Positions 56,701 to 64,000 of a stretch of DNA of 64,000 nucleotides are shown piece after piece. Numbering within the stretch: position 1 is the stretch's first letter; every line of letters starts with the position of its first letter. The translations under genes were made by a program, and so were the position numbers. Source of the DNA: an uncultured Candidatus Saccharibacteria bacterium (GTDB lineage: Bacteria > Patescibacteriota > Minisyncoccia > Phycocordibacterales > UBA2100); the NCBI GenBank assembly GCA_964471165.1, contig CAYYEX010000003.1, forward strand, positions 79,499-143,498, written 5' to 3'. The notes under the pieces are model-generated. The model searched no databases, was not told the DNA's origin, and was given only the letters and a program-made list of their open reading frames with translations.

Positions 56701-59700
56701 CACTCCCCTTTGCAAACACGCCGGAGGCACCGAAGGTAAGATTTCCACCAATAGTTACCTGCTGGGAGCCAGGCGAGAGCGTGCCGAAATTGACCGTGAG
56801 CGTGCCGTCGACATCTAAGAGACTCGAAAGTGTCCACGTGGCCGCGCCAGAGCTTTGCCCGAACGTTACGTTATTAAATGTTGCGAGTGTTGCCCCCGTT
56901 GAGTCGATTGATTGGCTCGACGTTGTTGCGGTGAAAATGATGGTCGATGCATCTTTATTGAAGGTGGCGTTGTTGTCCCACGAGCCCGAGAACGAGAGCG
57001 TGTTGCCGTCGGCGGTAAGCGTCCCGTTGTTTTCCAATCCGTACGCGGCTACGTTTCCGCTCGAAGCGCTGTCAGGACGGAATATGTTGGAGGCCTTAAC
57101 CCAAATTTCGATGTCGTTACAGGAGCCCGATGAACTCAAGCAAGTCGCAAGGTCGTTCCCCGCATCAACATCATAGAAAATATCTTCGTCAGCCGAAACC
57201 GAATTGTCGTATTGCGATATATTCGTATTCGTTATTGTTTGATTATCGTCGGAACCGAGAGAGAGATGATGTTCGTACATCGTAAGGCCCGTGACGTCTC
57301 CGTTGCCATCGTATTTGGTGATAGCAACGGCTTCGTTTGCTTCCGCTGCCCCGTCCACAAACACTGTTACGATGTCGTCTTCGAACACAGTAACGTTTGC
57401 AATGGTGAAGCTACCGCCAGAAATCGTAGCGGTCTTACCTGCCTGGACAACGCCGTTGACTGCAACGGCAACGATGCCGCTCGTAACGTTCGTTGACTGG
57501 TCGTACTGCTGAACAGTCCCGGAAACATTAATTCCTTGTGCCCAGGTGAGAGTCCAGTCGTTGAGTGTCGGGCAGTTACCGGAAACACAGGCGAGATCTG
57601 CTTTCATGCGAATGGTGCTGTAGGTGAGCCGGTTCACATTCGAAATATCTATCGGGGACGTGGTCGTGCCGGTCGAGTTGCCTGGAATAACGGCATCCGG
57701 AATCAGGGCCCACGAACTTGTTGATGTGAAGTATTCGACGTGGAGGCGCACTGTGCTCGAACCAGGTGTGGTTTTACTGAATGAAATGGCACCCCATTTC
57801 GGACCACTGCCATTACCAAAAACAATCGACGACGACTCAACAGTACCCGCCACGAACGCCGGGTAGCGTCGGGCCACGATATCGATTGGAATTGTTGGCG
57901 GTACGACTGTCGTTATGGAGTTTGTCTCTATCACCTGCTTGGTCGACCAGGTTGTCCCGTTCCAAAAACTGAATTCGTATTCAGTATCTGCATCGTCATA
58001 AACCAAAACCAGGATGAGCCCGTCCCCGGTACGTGCGGTTCGCACTTCTGCTGAGTCGAACATCGTGTTCATGACTGCCGGCGCCGTGGTTGCGCTTCCG
58101 TTCCAGGACTCGTACTCGATTTGTGTAGTATCAGAGTGAACCATCATCGTGTACCCGTCACGAGAACCCGCCGTCTCGTATTCACACGAGACGGGTCTGC
58201 CGTTGACGCTGTTTCCCAGTGCCTCGACTTCCGTAGTTCCACTCCACGATGAGCCTGTCCATGTCGCGTATCCAATATCGGAATCAGCATCGACGTAACA
58301 GAGCGTCATACGATCGGTTCCTACATCACGCGTAATACGACCGTCTTCGAAATCGTTTCCGGTTGCAACCGTTGAGGTTGCGGCCCACGCACTTCCGTTC
58401 CATGAGCTCCAGACAAAACTATTGAGTGTTCCGTTGGAGACCGCAATAACCGCCTGTCCGCCACTCTCCTCATATTCTGCGGCTATGCCCTCGTTGGCCA
58501 CCGTGGCCTGCGCACCCGGGCGCAAAGTATTTCCCCATGCTGAACCACTCCACACCTGCGCTTCATAGTCGACTGTGCCCGTGGTCGTGTCTCGCACAAT
58601 TAGTATGATTTCGTCCGACGTCGGGTCGGATATGAGCTTCACCCATTCGCAATTTGTTGAAACGCCCAACGTGATTGTAGAGGTCGCAGTCCAACTCGAA
58701 CCGTTCCATACGCGATATGTTGCCTCGGTTCCGTAACACGCCACCACGAGCGCATCCCCTGATGATGTTTCGTACGCAACATCAAATCCCCGCTGTGTTG
58801 GGTCGGAAACTGCAGTGTTCATGCGCGCAATATTTCCTGCTGTGTCCGTCACACCATCAATCACTTGTGCATCAACAACACCCGTTGAACCTTCGGTTGC
58901 AATGATGTATTCATCTCGCGTTGGGGCTGCCGCTGTTTCCTCGAAACGAATCGTGTCTCCAACAGACACTCCCGAAAGTTCACTTCCCCACACAAGTCCG
59001 TTCCAGAATCGGAAGCGCGGCACCTGTACTGTTAGCTCCGAATACACCATGAGTGCTTCTTTAATTGTGGTCGTGATTTGTGCCTTACCCGCACTCGTTT
59101 CAATGTCGGTGAGCGTGTTCGAAAGAAATTGTTCGTTTGTTGTTTGGAACCACGTTGATACGTTCACAGAAGTGTCGATAGTAAAGCTGCGCAAATCCGA
59201 CCACACCGACCACACATTGCCGCCTGCAGGGTCAATGGCGCGAACTTTCCACCAGTAGGTTGTTCCATCTGTGAGCGCATCGGCTGCTTGGAGTTTGAAA
59301 TTGATGAGATTGTTCTGGGTAAACGGAGATGTGTCCGACGAGGACGCACTGTTGGTGAAGCCCGCGTCTAGACTCGAGCGACGAGTGGTTGAAGCAGTAA
59401 AGTCCTGTGTGGTAGAAATCGTAACCTCGTATACGAGGTCGTCACTCTGTGGGTCGGTTGATTTGAACGTGAAAGTCGGCGTTGTTGTGGCTGTTTTTTC
59501 GTTGTCGAAGAGTGCTGTGACGGACGGCTGTTCAACCGCAAACCCCCATTGAATGGTCCAGTCAAGCAGGTGCGGCGTGAGGCCACTGTTTGTCATGTTG
59601 GCGCGCACCCGAATCTGGTTATAAATTGTCGGGCTCACGGAAAGGAGTGACACCGGAGACGTGTCGTACCCGACCGCGTTACCGGACAGGTCAGAATCCG

Positions 59701-62700
59701 GAATGAGTTCCCACGCAGCGCCGTCGTAGTATTCGATGTGATAGTGAATATCGCTCGATGTCTCGGTGTCCGTAAACGAGAGCTCGCCCCACGCGTTGCC
59801 GGTTGCCTTCCAATCAAAGTCGATGAGCGAACTCGAGGTGGTACCGGTCGTAAACGGCGGCGTAATGATGACATCGTTGGTCGATGTAGCTTCCGTATCT
59901 TCGTGGTCGTCGGATGCAAATTGGTAGAGCGTCGTTTGCTTCCACGTAGAAATAGTGACGGATGTATCGACTGTAAAACTCTGAATGTTCGACCATGGAC
60001 TCCATTCCGTTGATTTATTTCTGTCTTTTCCGCGGGCACGCCAGTAGTACGTGGTCCCGTTTGACAGTGCAGTGGTCGGCACAAAGCGCGTCGATTGCCC
60101 AGGTGTAAAAGGGTCCTTATCCGACGGAGTGGTGAGGTTAGTAAACTCGTCGAGGTTTGTTTGCGAATCACGGTCAATATTCACTGAACCAAATGCAGAA
60201 TCGTCATCGATTTGTATCTGGTAGGTAATGTCGTCGGACTCCGGGTCTTCGGACACAAATTGGAACCACGGGGTGGTCGACGCGAGTGACTCGTTGTTAA
60301 ATGGAGCCTCAAGAGTGGGAGCCCCTGGCGCAGAGTCTGTAATGAGACTTGGATAAAAATCGTATTCGCTCAGTGCAACGCCCGAGTCAGTAACAACACG
60401 GAAGCAGTAGTTTGTATTTCCACTCGCATTATGCTGAATCGCCCAGTCCCATTCACCTTCATTGCCTACTGAAACCGAGGTCGGGTTTGCAGCCGAATCG
60501 TTCGTTTCCTCGTAGCTTTCATTTGAGTCACTGACTAATAGCAATGTCGTCGGTACTGTTGCACCGTCGGAGAGTGACGCGTTATCATATCCTCGCCATG
60601 CGGCTGTGGTGGAACCTACCGCACCGACATCCTGCCAAGTCATAGACGCACTACACGTAGCCCCGGCGGCATATTGCAGCTTGAGTCGGAGGTCTCCAAC
60701 TGAGAGGGTCACGTTTTCATTCAGCACACCCATGCGTAATCGCAAAACGTCATTTGGAGATGGTGAATAAATCACCGGTATGGGTGAATCTTCTGCCAAA
60801 TCAGTACCACCCGAAGGCCATGCGTCGGTTGGTGTGAGCGACGTCGCATGATTTGCGTACCACCTGAAATGCGTTTGGGTGAGGTATGGCTGACGTTCCC
60901 ACGAAACAGACCAATCATCGATTTGTGGCGCGCTCGTGTTTGAGGTGCTAAACGAGGCGCGCAAACAAATGCGATTGTATGTCGATGTCGAAAGCGCGGA
61001 GATATTCATCGGCGACGAAGTGGCATCGAACCCGACGGAGTTCCCCGGCAGCGTGCCGTCGGGCACCAGCGTGGTGCAGCCGCTGCCGCCATCGTAGAGC
61101 ACCTGCACCACCACATCGGTGCCCGAGGGCTCCGTTGTGTGCCAGAGAATCTCGCCCCACGTCAGTTGGCTTGGCACGAGGTCAAAGTCGATAATACTGC
61201 TCGTCATGGTCCCGGAAGACGACTCGAACACTTGCGCCGCCATATCGATTGGCTGATAGAACGGCGTGGTTGTAGCGGAGGGCGTTGACTCAAGCGCCGT
61301 TGCTGTTGACCACGAGGTTCCATTCCAATCTGAGAAGTCGTAGCGCGAATTCACATCGTCGTGGAAGAATGCCAAAATTCCGCCCGCTGCAGTTCGCACA
61401 GAACTCACCGTCCACGAGTCTTGTACAGTGCTGATTGTTGCCTCCGCTGCCCACGACGTCCCATTCCAATATTGATAGCGAGCAGCGGTAGTATCAGAGT
61501 ATGAAAGCATCACGTAGCCATCGCGACCCGCAGTAGTTTCGTACTGACAATCCACCGCGCGCCCGGTATTCGCGTTGCCTACCGTATCGCGCTCATCGCC
61601 CGCCGCAGTAAATGCATCCCATGCATTTCCATCCCATACGAGGGTGCCTATGTCGGCATCTTGATCGATGTAACAGAGGGACATGGCATCCGAGCCAACA
61701 TCACGTCGGAGCCGTCCCCACTCGAAATCGTCACCGAGTGCTTGGGTTTGTGTAATACCCCATGATGTGCCATTCCACGAACTCCACACAAATCCGCTCG
61801 TAATCCCGTTGGATACTGCGATAATCGCTTGGTCACCTGATTCCTCGTATTCCACGGCGATTCCCTCGTGGGCGACATCAGACATTGAGCCCAGTGTCTT
61901 TACGTTCCCCCACGCACTGCCGTCCCACACTTGTGCTTCGTATATGGAACCAGTATCACGCTCAACGAGAATAATTTCATCGGAAAGCGGGTCGGCGGCA
62001 AGCTGAATGTATTCGCAGTTATTAGCGCTCGTGATGTTCACGGTTGCAGGAGCGCTCCATGACGAACCGTTCCACACTCGATACGATGGGTCGGCATCGC
62101 CGTCGCAATACACCGTCATAATGTCTCCGGAGACTGTTTCGTAGGCAAGATTAAATCCGCGCCGCTGGTTGTTTGTGACGCCGGTCGTCATTTCTGTAAC
62201 AGTGCCCCATGTGTCGGCAACGCCGTCGAATATTTGTACGTTCACGTCGTTTTGGTTGTCCTGTGTGCCGAGAACGTATTCGTCTCGTGTGGGCGATGCT
62301 TTTGTTATCACCCACTGAACAACGCCGCCGATGGAATTCGCGGAGCTCTCCGAACTCCATGCGGTACCATTCCAGATTCGGTAGCGTGGTGTTTGCACAG
62401 TTCCCTCTCCGTAGGCAACAAGTGCTTCTTCTGACGGAGAAATGGCGAGACGCGCGGCGTCGGAACCGAATGTTTCGGCTCCACTCATTGTATTGGTATC
62501 GAACTGCACATCAGTTGTTTGGAACCATTGCGATGGTTCAGTGCCCGCAAGGTAGGTAAAGCTCGTCGTGGTTGCCCACGCACCGTATGCTGAACCACTT
62601 TCTTTTGCTCGCACTCGCCAGTAGTACGTCGTACCGGAAACAAGCGGAGTCTGAATCGTAAAACGAACTCGTTCGGTTTCATTGAACGGCGAGGTATCTG

Positions 62701-64000
62701 CAGGCGTGGTTAAGTTTTGGAAACAATCAGGTGAGCAACCAGTTTCGACATCGGATGTTCTATCGCCAATCGGAGAAGAGTCGAGATCGGAGTCATCGTC
62801 CCACTGTACTTGGTACAAAATGGTGTCCACTCCATCGGGGTCCGATGCACTGAATTCGAAGACCGGTGTCGATGTACCCATTCGTTCGTTTGCAAACGGG
62901 ATGTCATAGAGCGTCGGCGCACTCGGCGAAGCGCCGCCGGCACGCTTTGCAAATACCGCAGTGCGGTATGGCGGAAGACTCGATGTTGTCGAAAACGCAG
63001 AAATGCTAATCGAGTGCACATGCGCTGCCGTCGATACGTTTGTGCCCGCAACGTTTGCTCGCGAGACCGTGCCACTCGGTCCCAACGAGTTAAATCCTGT
63101 AACATCGGTATGTGTGTGCGTGGAAGCGCCACCGCTGGTGCCGTATGTCGTTGATGCTTTTGCAAAACGATTCGCGAACGGTTCGGTAGAACTTGAAACC
63201 GTGCTCCAACCTGGCGGCGGATCTCCGCTCCACATCGCAATCATGTCGTTGGTTGGTGAGGATGTTGCGGTCAGTTTACCGAAGATAGCTTCCATGTACG
63301 GTGGTTCGTGAGTATCGCTCAGCGTTGTTGTGCTTACCGCGTGTGTGTGGGCAGCAGCAGCAACTGAAATGGCAGTGCCTGGGTTTTGTGCGAGCACGGT
63401 GGAAACGGCTGCGCCCGTTGTGCCAGAGACATCGTGTTTGTGCGTGTTTGAACCACCAGTCGTTCCGACAGTCGACGTACTTTCGCCGCGGATATAGCTT
63501 CCGTTTGGGGCAGTGTAGGCAGTCCAGCCCGAAGGGACCGCTGCATCAAACATTACAATTGCCCCTGCTGGAATGGTTGGTGGCTCTCCCGCTGAGGTGT
63601 ACTGAATGATTGCGAGCTGCCGGTATGCAGGCAAGGAACTCGTTGCGGTAACTGTTGGAGTAAGTGAGTGGGTGTGTGCAACAACCGGTGTCGCTTGGTT
63701 GTTTGCCCCAACTGTTTGTGATGCGGCGGAGGCAGTTACGGCGCCCGTTGCAGTGTGTGCAAATGTGGCCGCGCCACCATTAGTTCCAGCAGTCGATGAG
63801 CCCATGACGAAGCGTTGATAGAAACTGTCGGCGGGCAAGCACGATACGCATGTCCAGCTTGGTGGAATCCACGCTTGGTCCCAATACACCAACATGTTTC
63901 CGACGGCGTCGGAAGCGATTTTCCACTGACGCGGTTCCTCGAACGGTATACCGTCCCCACTCTGCACCTTTGCTGGGCCGAGAAGATACATGTAGGGAGA
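47717..64000 (-). CDS. giant multidomain surface protein, longer than 5424 aa and 5'-truncated (N-terminus beyond the window end)
   Basis: A single uninterrupted minus-strand ORF. It contains tandem phage tail-collar-like repeats (PSGWT...HTH...LPPY), three Fn3-like units, three copies of a ~140-aa domain, two propeller-like segments (EAQVW[DS]GSAWGN), beta-helix-like ~65-aa repeats (FYN..F.G.GG.W.F...GG.F.HNNG), three ~790-aa super-repeats, DUF2341 (RWRADDGG...DLRFTDSTGTTTIPYYIE...VYMYYGN), a LamG-like domain and a C-terminal module shared with the 37861 protein. Confidence 0.8.
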   Translation of the reverse strand, partial: SPYMYLLGPAKVQSGDGIPFEEPRQWKIASDAVGNMLVYWDQAWIPPSWTCVSCLPADSFYQRFVMGSSTAGTNGGAATFAHTATGAVTASAASQTVGANNQATPVVAHTHSLTPTVTATSSLPAYRQLAIIQYTSAGEPPTIPAGAIVMFDAAVPSGWTAYTAPNGSYIRGESTSTVGTTGGSNTHKHDVSGTTGAAVSTVLAQNPGTAISVAAAAHTHAVSTTTLSDTHEPPYMEAIFGKLTATSSPTNDMIAMWSGDPPPGWSTVSSSTEPFANRFAKASTTYGTSGGASTHTHTDVTGFNSLGPSGTVSRANVAGTNVSTAAHVHSISISAFSTTSSLPPYRTAVFAKRAGGASPSAPTLYDIPFANERMGTSTPVFEFSASDPDGVDTILYQVQWDDDSDLDSSPIGDRTSDVETGCSPDCFQNLTTPADTSPFNETERVRFTIQTPLVSGTTYYWRVRAKESGSAYGAWATTTSFTYLAGTEPSQWFQTTDVQFDTNTMSGAETFGSDAARLAISPSEEALVAYGEGTVQTPRYRIWNGTAWSSESSANSIGGVVQWVITKASPTRDEYVLGTQDNQNDVNVQIFDGVADTWGTVTEMTTGVTNNQRRGFNLAYETVSGDIMTVYCDGDADPSYRVWNGSSWSAPATVNITSANNCEYIQLAADPLSDEIILVERDTGSIYEAQVWDGSAWGNVKTLGSMSDVAHEGIAVEYEESGDQAIIAVSNGITSGFVWSSWNGTSWGITQTQALGDDFEWGRLRRDVGSDAMSLCYIDQDADIGTLVWDGNAWDAFTAAGDERDTVGNANTGRAVDCQYETTAGRDGYVMLSYSDTTAARYQYWNGTSWAAEATISTVQDSWTVSSVRTAAGGILAFFHDDVNSRYDFSDWNGTSWSTATALESTPSATTTPFYQPIDMAAQVFESSSGTMTSSIIDFDLVPSQLTWGEILWHTTEPSGTDVVVQVLYDGGSGCTTLVPDGTLPGNSVGFDATSSPMNISALSTSTYNRICLRASFSTSNTSAPQIDDWSVSWERQPYLTQTHFRWYANHATSLTPTDAWPSGGTDLAEDSPIPVIYSPSPNDVLRLRMGVLNENVTLSVGDLRLKLQYAAGATCSASMTWQDVGAVGSTTAAWRGYDNASLSDGATVPTTLLLVSDSNESYEETNDSAANPTSVSVGNEGEWDWAIQHNASGNTNYCFRVVTDSGVALSEYDFYPSLITDSAPGAPTLEAPFNNESLASTTPWFQFVSEDPESDDITYQIQIDDDSAFGSVNIDRDSQTNLDEFTNLTTPSDKDPFTPGQSTRFVPTTALSNGTTYYWRARGKDRNKSTEWSPWSNIQSFTVDTSVTISTWKQTTLYQFASDDHEDTEATSTNDVIITPPFTTGTTSSSLIDFDWKATGNAWGELSFTDTETSSDIHYHIEYYDGAAWELIPDSDLSGNAVGYDTSPVSLLSVSPTIYNQIRVRANMTNSGLTPHLLDWTIQWGFAVEQPSVTALFDNEKTATTTPTFTFKSTDPQSDDLVYEVTISTTQDFTASTTRRSSLDAGFTNSASSSDTSPFTQNNLINFKLQAADALTDGTTYWWKVRAIDPAGGNVWSVWSDLRSFTIDTSVNVSTWFQTTNEQFLSNTLTDIETSAGKAQITTTIKEALMVYSELTVQVPRFRFWNGLVWGSELSGVSVGDTIRFEETAAAPTRDEYIIATEGSTGVVDAQVIDGVTDTAGNIARMNTAVSDPTQRGFDVAYETSSGDALVVACYGTEATYRVWNGSSWTATSTITLGVSTNCEWVKLISDPTSDEIILIVRDTTTGTVDYEAQVWSGSAWGNTLRPGAQATVANEGIAAEYEESGGQAVIAVSNGTLNSFVWSSWNGSAWAATSTVATGNDFEDGRITRDVGTDRMTLCYVDADSDIGYATWTGSSWSGTTEVEALGNSVNGRPVSCEYETAGSRDGYTMMVHSDTTQIEYESWNGSATTAPAVMNTMFDSAEVRTARTGDGLILVLVYDDADTEYEFSFWNGTTWSTKQVIETNSITTVVPPTIPIDIVARRYPAFVAGTVESSSIVFGNGSGPKWGAISFSKTTPGSSTVRLHVEYFTSTSSWALIPDAVIPGNSTGTTTSPIDISNVNRLTYSTIRMKADLACVSGNCPTLNDWTLTWAQGINVSGTVQQYDQSTNVTSGIVAVAVNGVVQAGKTATISGGSFTIANVTVFEDDIVTVFVDGAAEANEAVAITKYDGNGDVTGLTMYEHHLSLGSDDNQTITNTNISQYDNSVSADEDIFYDVDAGNDLATCLSSSGSCNDIEIWVKASNIFRPDSASSGNVAAYGLENNGTLTADGNTLSFSGSWDNNATFNKDASTIIFTATTSSQSIDSTGATLATFNNVTFGQSSGAATWTLSSLLDVDGTLTVNFGTLSPGSQQVTIGGNLTFGASGVFAKGSATTTFDGTSSSTWTDNTVAKQDLGTTTIDGTAKTVLLGAAAKVTNLTIGADDTFNVNSNYALEILGNFTNNNSFLAQNGTVSFTATTTGKTITPGSSSFYNIVFNGTGGNWAFTGPVTAGNDLTLTAGTVTLPSSTTTVTGSFTTSAGTFQHNNGVVLFNAASAGKSVTPGASSFYDLTFSGTGAWSFGSANATSSRTMRITQGAVTFPTGTLVVGGSFIKTGGSFAHNNGTLKLTATNAQVLQFSGSDTFNLTFSGSGGTWTFNDASATSTGSVRFESGTPTLPSGTFAVGGSWTNAGGAFMHNNGSVRFNAAGSGYTIQPGASSFYNTLFDSATGGWTISQSATSTNNFILNNAASFVLTSGFALGVGGTFTNSLAPASTTWTGTTLTLYSGGTYSINTKTNAGDSYATLVLSTSTKVSMWNSSTTIAVVGSGSSLYSQDNAGVDGDLYIYGDYTRGAGTEFWTYGNDFDGTPLGGSARAVNVKVASSSTLTFNGGLLQFIGSATASSTVSNQGAGAYALNVAGGTINAQYYRVRNTDANGLNISGSVSVTSLADGDYVLSSNGGTMLTIASTVVDANAALQIQRASFATSTGITTGFNITETGTPSSYWWFRNHYGNYAGESFDIDPGGNPGFIRWDDSNLTITVAGRVYSDNGATAIGNPPCDGSTQSVRVVVNGVTSYTGSCNAGTGAYSIAGVAIAGEVVLTAFLDTNGGRRAVTISRTPTTDIANFDLYENAVIVRHEDTSPITIEQVAVFTNTQDSDIPFAAATSTPPATFTLSPNTELYVWAGKTFTPGGNVTLTSGGSGDARDGRLMLATSSAFVATGTETHGIGGGLAVASGATFTTANSTFTFTATTSGKVIYSSIPISFYDLIFNGVGGGWSLVSTATTTASNTFTISAGTLSGTGDLHVSAGSMTGAGTIAMTGGTVQLSATGVFGSVSPWSFNSLVFGSGTTDTTSKTGVGSTTVSNALIIATGQTLNASSTNWVLTGANTPFIVNGTFNAQTAPFFFTSSAATTIADTSYAALYFTPATAGTPVYTLRGGSLSATALNIGGANPVSVDINTNDPTVTVSGNVAIGASSIVTASNVNVFNVGGSWSNAGAFTHSNGDVNFNSTDTGETIDPGASSFYRLVFNGIGGGWTISQNATSTNDMSITNASAFTLSPNRTLAVGGTFTNSVTDSATTWATSTLSLYSGTSYSLNTRSSTGDTYGTLLVDASTRVRMWNSSAATTTVNSTGSLYSQDHAGVDGSLYIWGAYTRSSGNDYWSYVTDFDGTSLSTSTPRAVSVRIATSSSLTFSGGGLDIAGTSTATTTIANQGAGRYAFTVTGGTFNAQYYQLRDTDTNGLSFSGAPTITSLSDGDYLLNVNGGTMITVASSVIDANPLKIFARNNFSTAVGSGFNVLATGSSVSSWKFNLHYGDFDGEALDSDPAGDPGYLRWDDSASNITIEGNVYSDEGTTVSTVCDNSTQVVRLKIQGAGSYTSSCNSSTGLYSIPGVAFNPGDTITVFLDTAGGRRAANVSVDPISSISNMHLYENRVIVRHEDVNPITIAAMTQYDSDQDSDIPFNATIAGTNTLVVEPNIKLIVFTNKTFAPAGNVTLTSGGSGTAWDGTLEVFPGATFTASGAQAHSIGGSLLIDSGATLTSALSTFTMTATTTGKTITLNTSSLYNVVFNGIGGNWAFGSSTMTALNDFTITTGTVTMPSATTTIGGSFQNTGGIFQHNNGTVLLNSTASGKSVRVNGSSLYNIDFNGSGGTWSFVDSTATSSNNFTVTTGTVTAPTTQLTVGGSIQNFGTLTVGTGTLKLTANATGKLIRTGGSSLYNVLVDGVGGGWTFSDTNATATRDFTILNGTTTLPTGVFTVGGSWNTAGGGFTAGSGTVTLNATTTGKTVDTGSSSFASLIFNSATGGWTISQNATSTVDTTISAAASFTLANGKTLAVGGVFTNGVGGAATTWATTTLSLYSGTSYSINTKSAGSDVYGTLSVGTSTHVRMWNSTAATTTVNSTGSLYSQDNAAIDGTSVDGDLYIWGAFVHSTGTDYWNYAYDFDGTLLGGLSRRVNVKIASSSSVTLSGGTLEILGSTATTTIQNQGAGRFAFSVTGGTLNASHYQIRNTDPSGLNFSGTPSITSLDYGDIQLGVTGGAMITLAGSVIDANASKQINYVSFATTTGISSGFNVVRTGSPISAWTFLNHNGNFAGESYDSDGGDSCGSVRWSDSACLFVNQGHYRWRADDGGVGVPDSEWYNASWTKRKRIAISNSTASTLTNQAVQIVVDYDSDMQSDFEDLRFTDSTGTTTIPYYIEKSIASASSTVWVRLSSIPANGSAVVYMYYGNSGVSDGGDGSNTFTFFDDFEDNNITEYTNADTPNVYFGTNAGFQHNYTYGLAARQPPDPDQRSSKTTAGGVYRAGSLIPRDSTIRFFQYMDIDWEDEPCTFFAVQGSGSNYAVCLDQYPTEKVALVKDATSNDGSGTLIASTTVTFTTGWYEVKIDWLSAGNAINVTVYNSAGAVFATVSGTSSAYTTGGMGFGFWYQHGGWDFYSARPYVAAAPTYLFGGEQTSGGATWAAAEDTVLNGMQTGQNLRVRFTVQNTGSALTSEQLRLQFAPKGNSLNCESVSYNDYEDVPKTSSGCNGKAACMTTSSQFADQAAISDLLSRPANMSFVQGKAVEDPSNDSSSNNVGTNYATEVEYNFQLTTNAIASAYCFRTSRPSLAFPGSLDSYDHVAEVVIAHSPSITNFNWPLSQTISGIPLTEGTTTTISATGTVTDLNGYTDILAASSSIFRSGVGSSCTGNDNNCYKVPSCSLTLCSGNSCTLTCSALVQYFADPTDSGTTYSAENWLASVRVRDASGLYGSATSSGAEMLTVRGLSVSTSITYDDDAVPGMTPGSDTGSRVATTTVLNTGNVPTDIRLSGTALGSIPVGSQQYSTSTFTYSACSVCAFLTGASTNAGLSIPKVTASSTPTSSDVYWGIAIPIPTGTGVQSGTNYFEAAAP
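49950..57000 (-). repeat. three tandem ~2.36-2.4 kb diverged super-repeats inside the giant gene (approximate bounds)
   Basis: The landmark GGT.NA[QS][YH]Y..R.TD is encoded at about 55.10, 52.69 and 50.37 kb. The protein blocks SLYSG.SYS.NT...MWNS...LYSQD.AGVDG.LYI.G are colinear in each unit. Confidence 0.65.

Noticed and set aside
22867-64000. CRISPR array or IS-element repeats suggested by the abundant tandem repeats
   Set aside because: All repeats are inside long open reading frames and are diverged protein-coding super-repeats of 2.4-2.6 kb or ~200-nt blade repeats. There are no short, regular direct repeats with unique spacers, and no cas, transposase or integrase genes were seen in the window.

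Overview
This 64 kb window is a bacterial chromosomal segment of about 53% GC. Almost every gene from 2.4 kb to the end lies on the minus strand. The first ~11 kb is housekeeping. It holds a PduO-type cobalamin adenosyltransferase followed by a DUF4430-like protein and a small membrane protein, a GIY-YIG nuclease beside tRNA-Gln, CapA, an EEP-family nuclease/phosphatase, pyrG, ftsEX, prfB (RF2, no programmed frameshift) and two tRNA-Thr genes. The remaining ~50 kb is a dense cell-surface island, which is the candidate for a previously undescribed attachment apparatus. It contains: (i) three cohesin-like proteins, two of them membrane-anchored, and three dockerin-bearing secreted proteins; (ii) four paralogous membrane-anchored proteins with a DUF916/CscA-like architecture, each paired with a large secreted partner; (iii) an FGE-family enzyme and a TlpA-like thiol-disulfide oxidoreductase; (iv) a MacB/FtsX-type ABC transporter whose ATPase has an unusual C-terminal extension; (v) an Fn3-repeat membrane protein and a PD40/cadherin-like repeat protein; (vi) two giant repetitive surface proteins. 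One giant is 2822 aa. The other is longer than 5424 aa and runs off the window end; it contains phage tail-collar-like repeats, Fn3-like repeats, three tandem ~2.4 kb super-repeats, and DUF2341 plus LamG-like domains. A 17-nt motif, TATCTCAYGGGGTATAC, recurs seven times in three divergent intergenic regions and looks like a lineage-specific promoter or operator element. tRNA-Gln and tRNA-Thr(GGT) each carry an upstream duplicate of their 5' end. No transposase, integrase or CRISPR array was seen. The gene content resembles a small-genome episymbiotic lineage such as CPR/Patescibacteria, but that is inference only.
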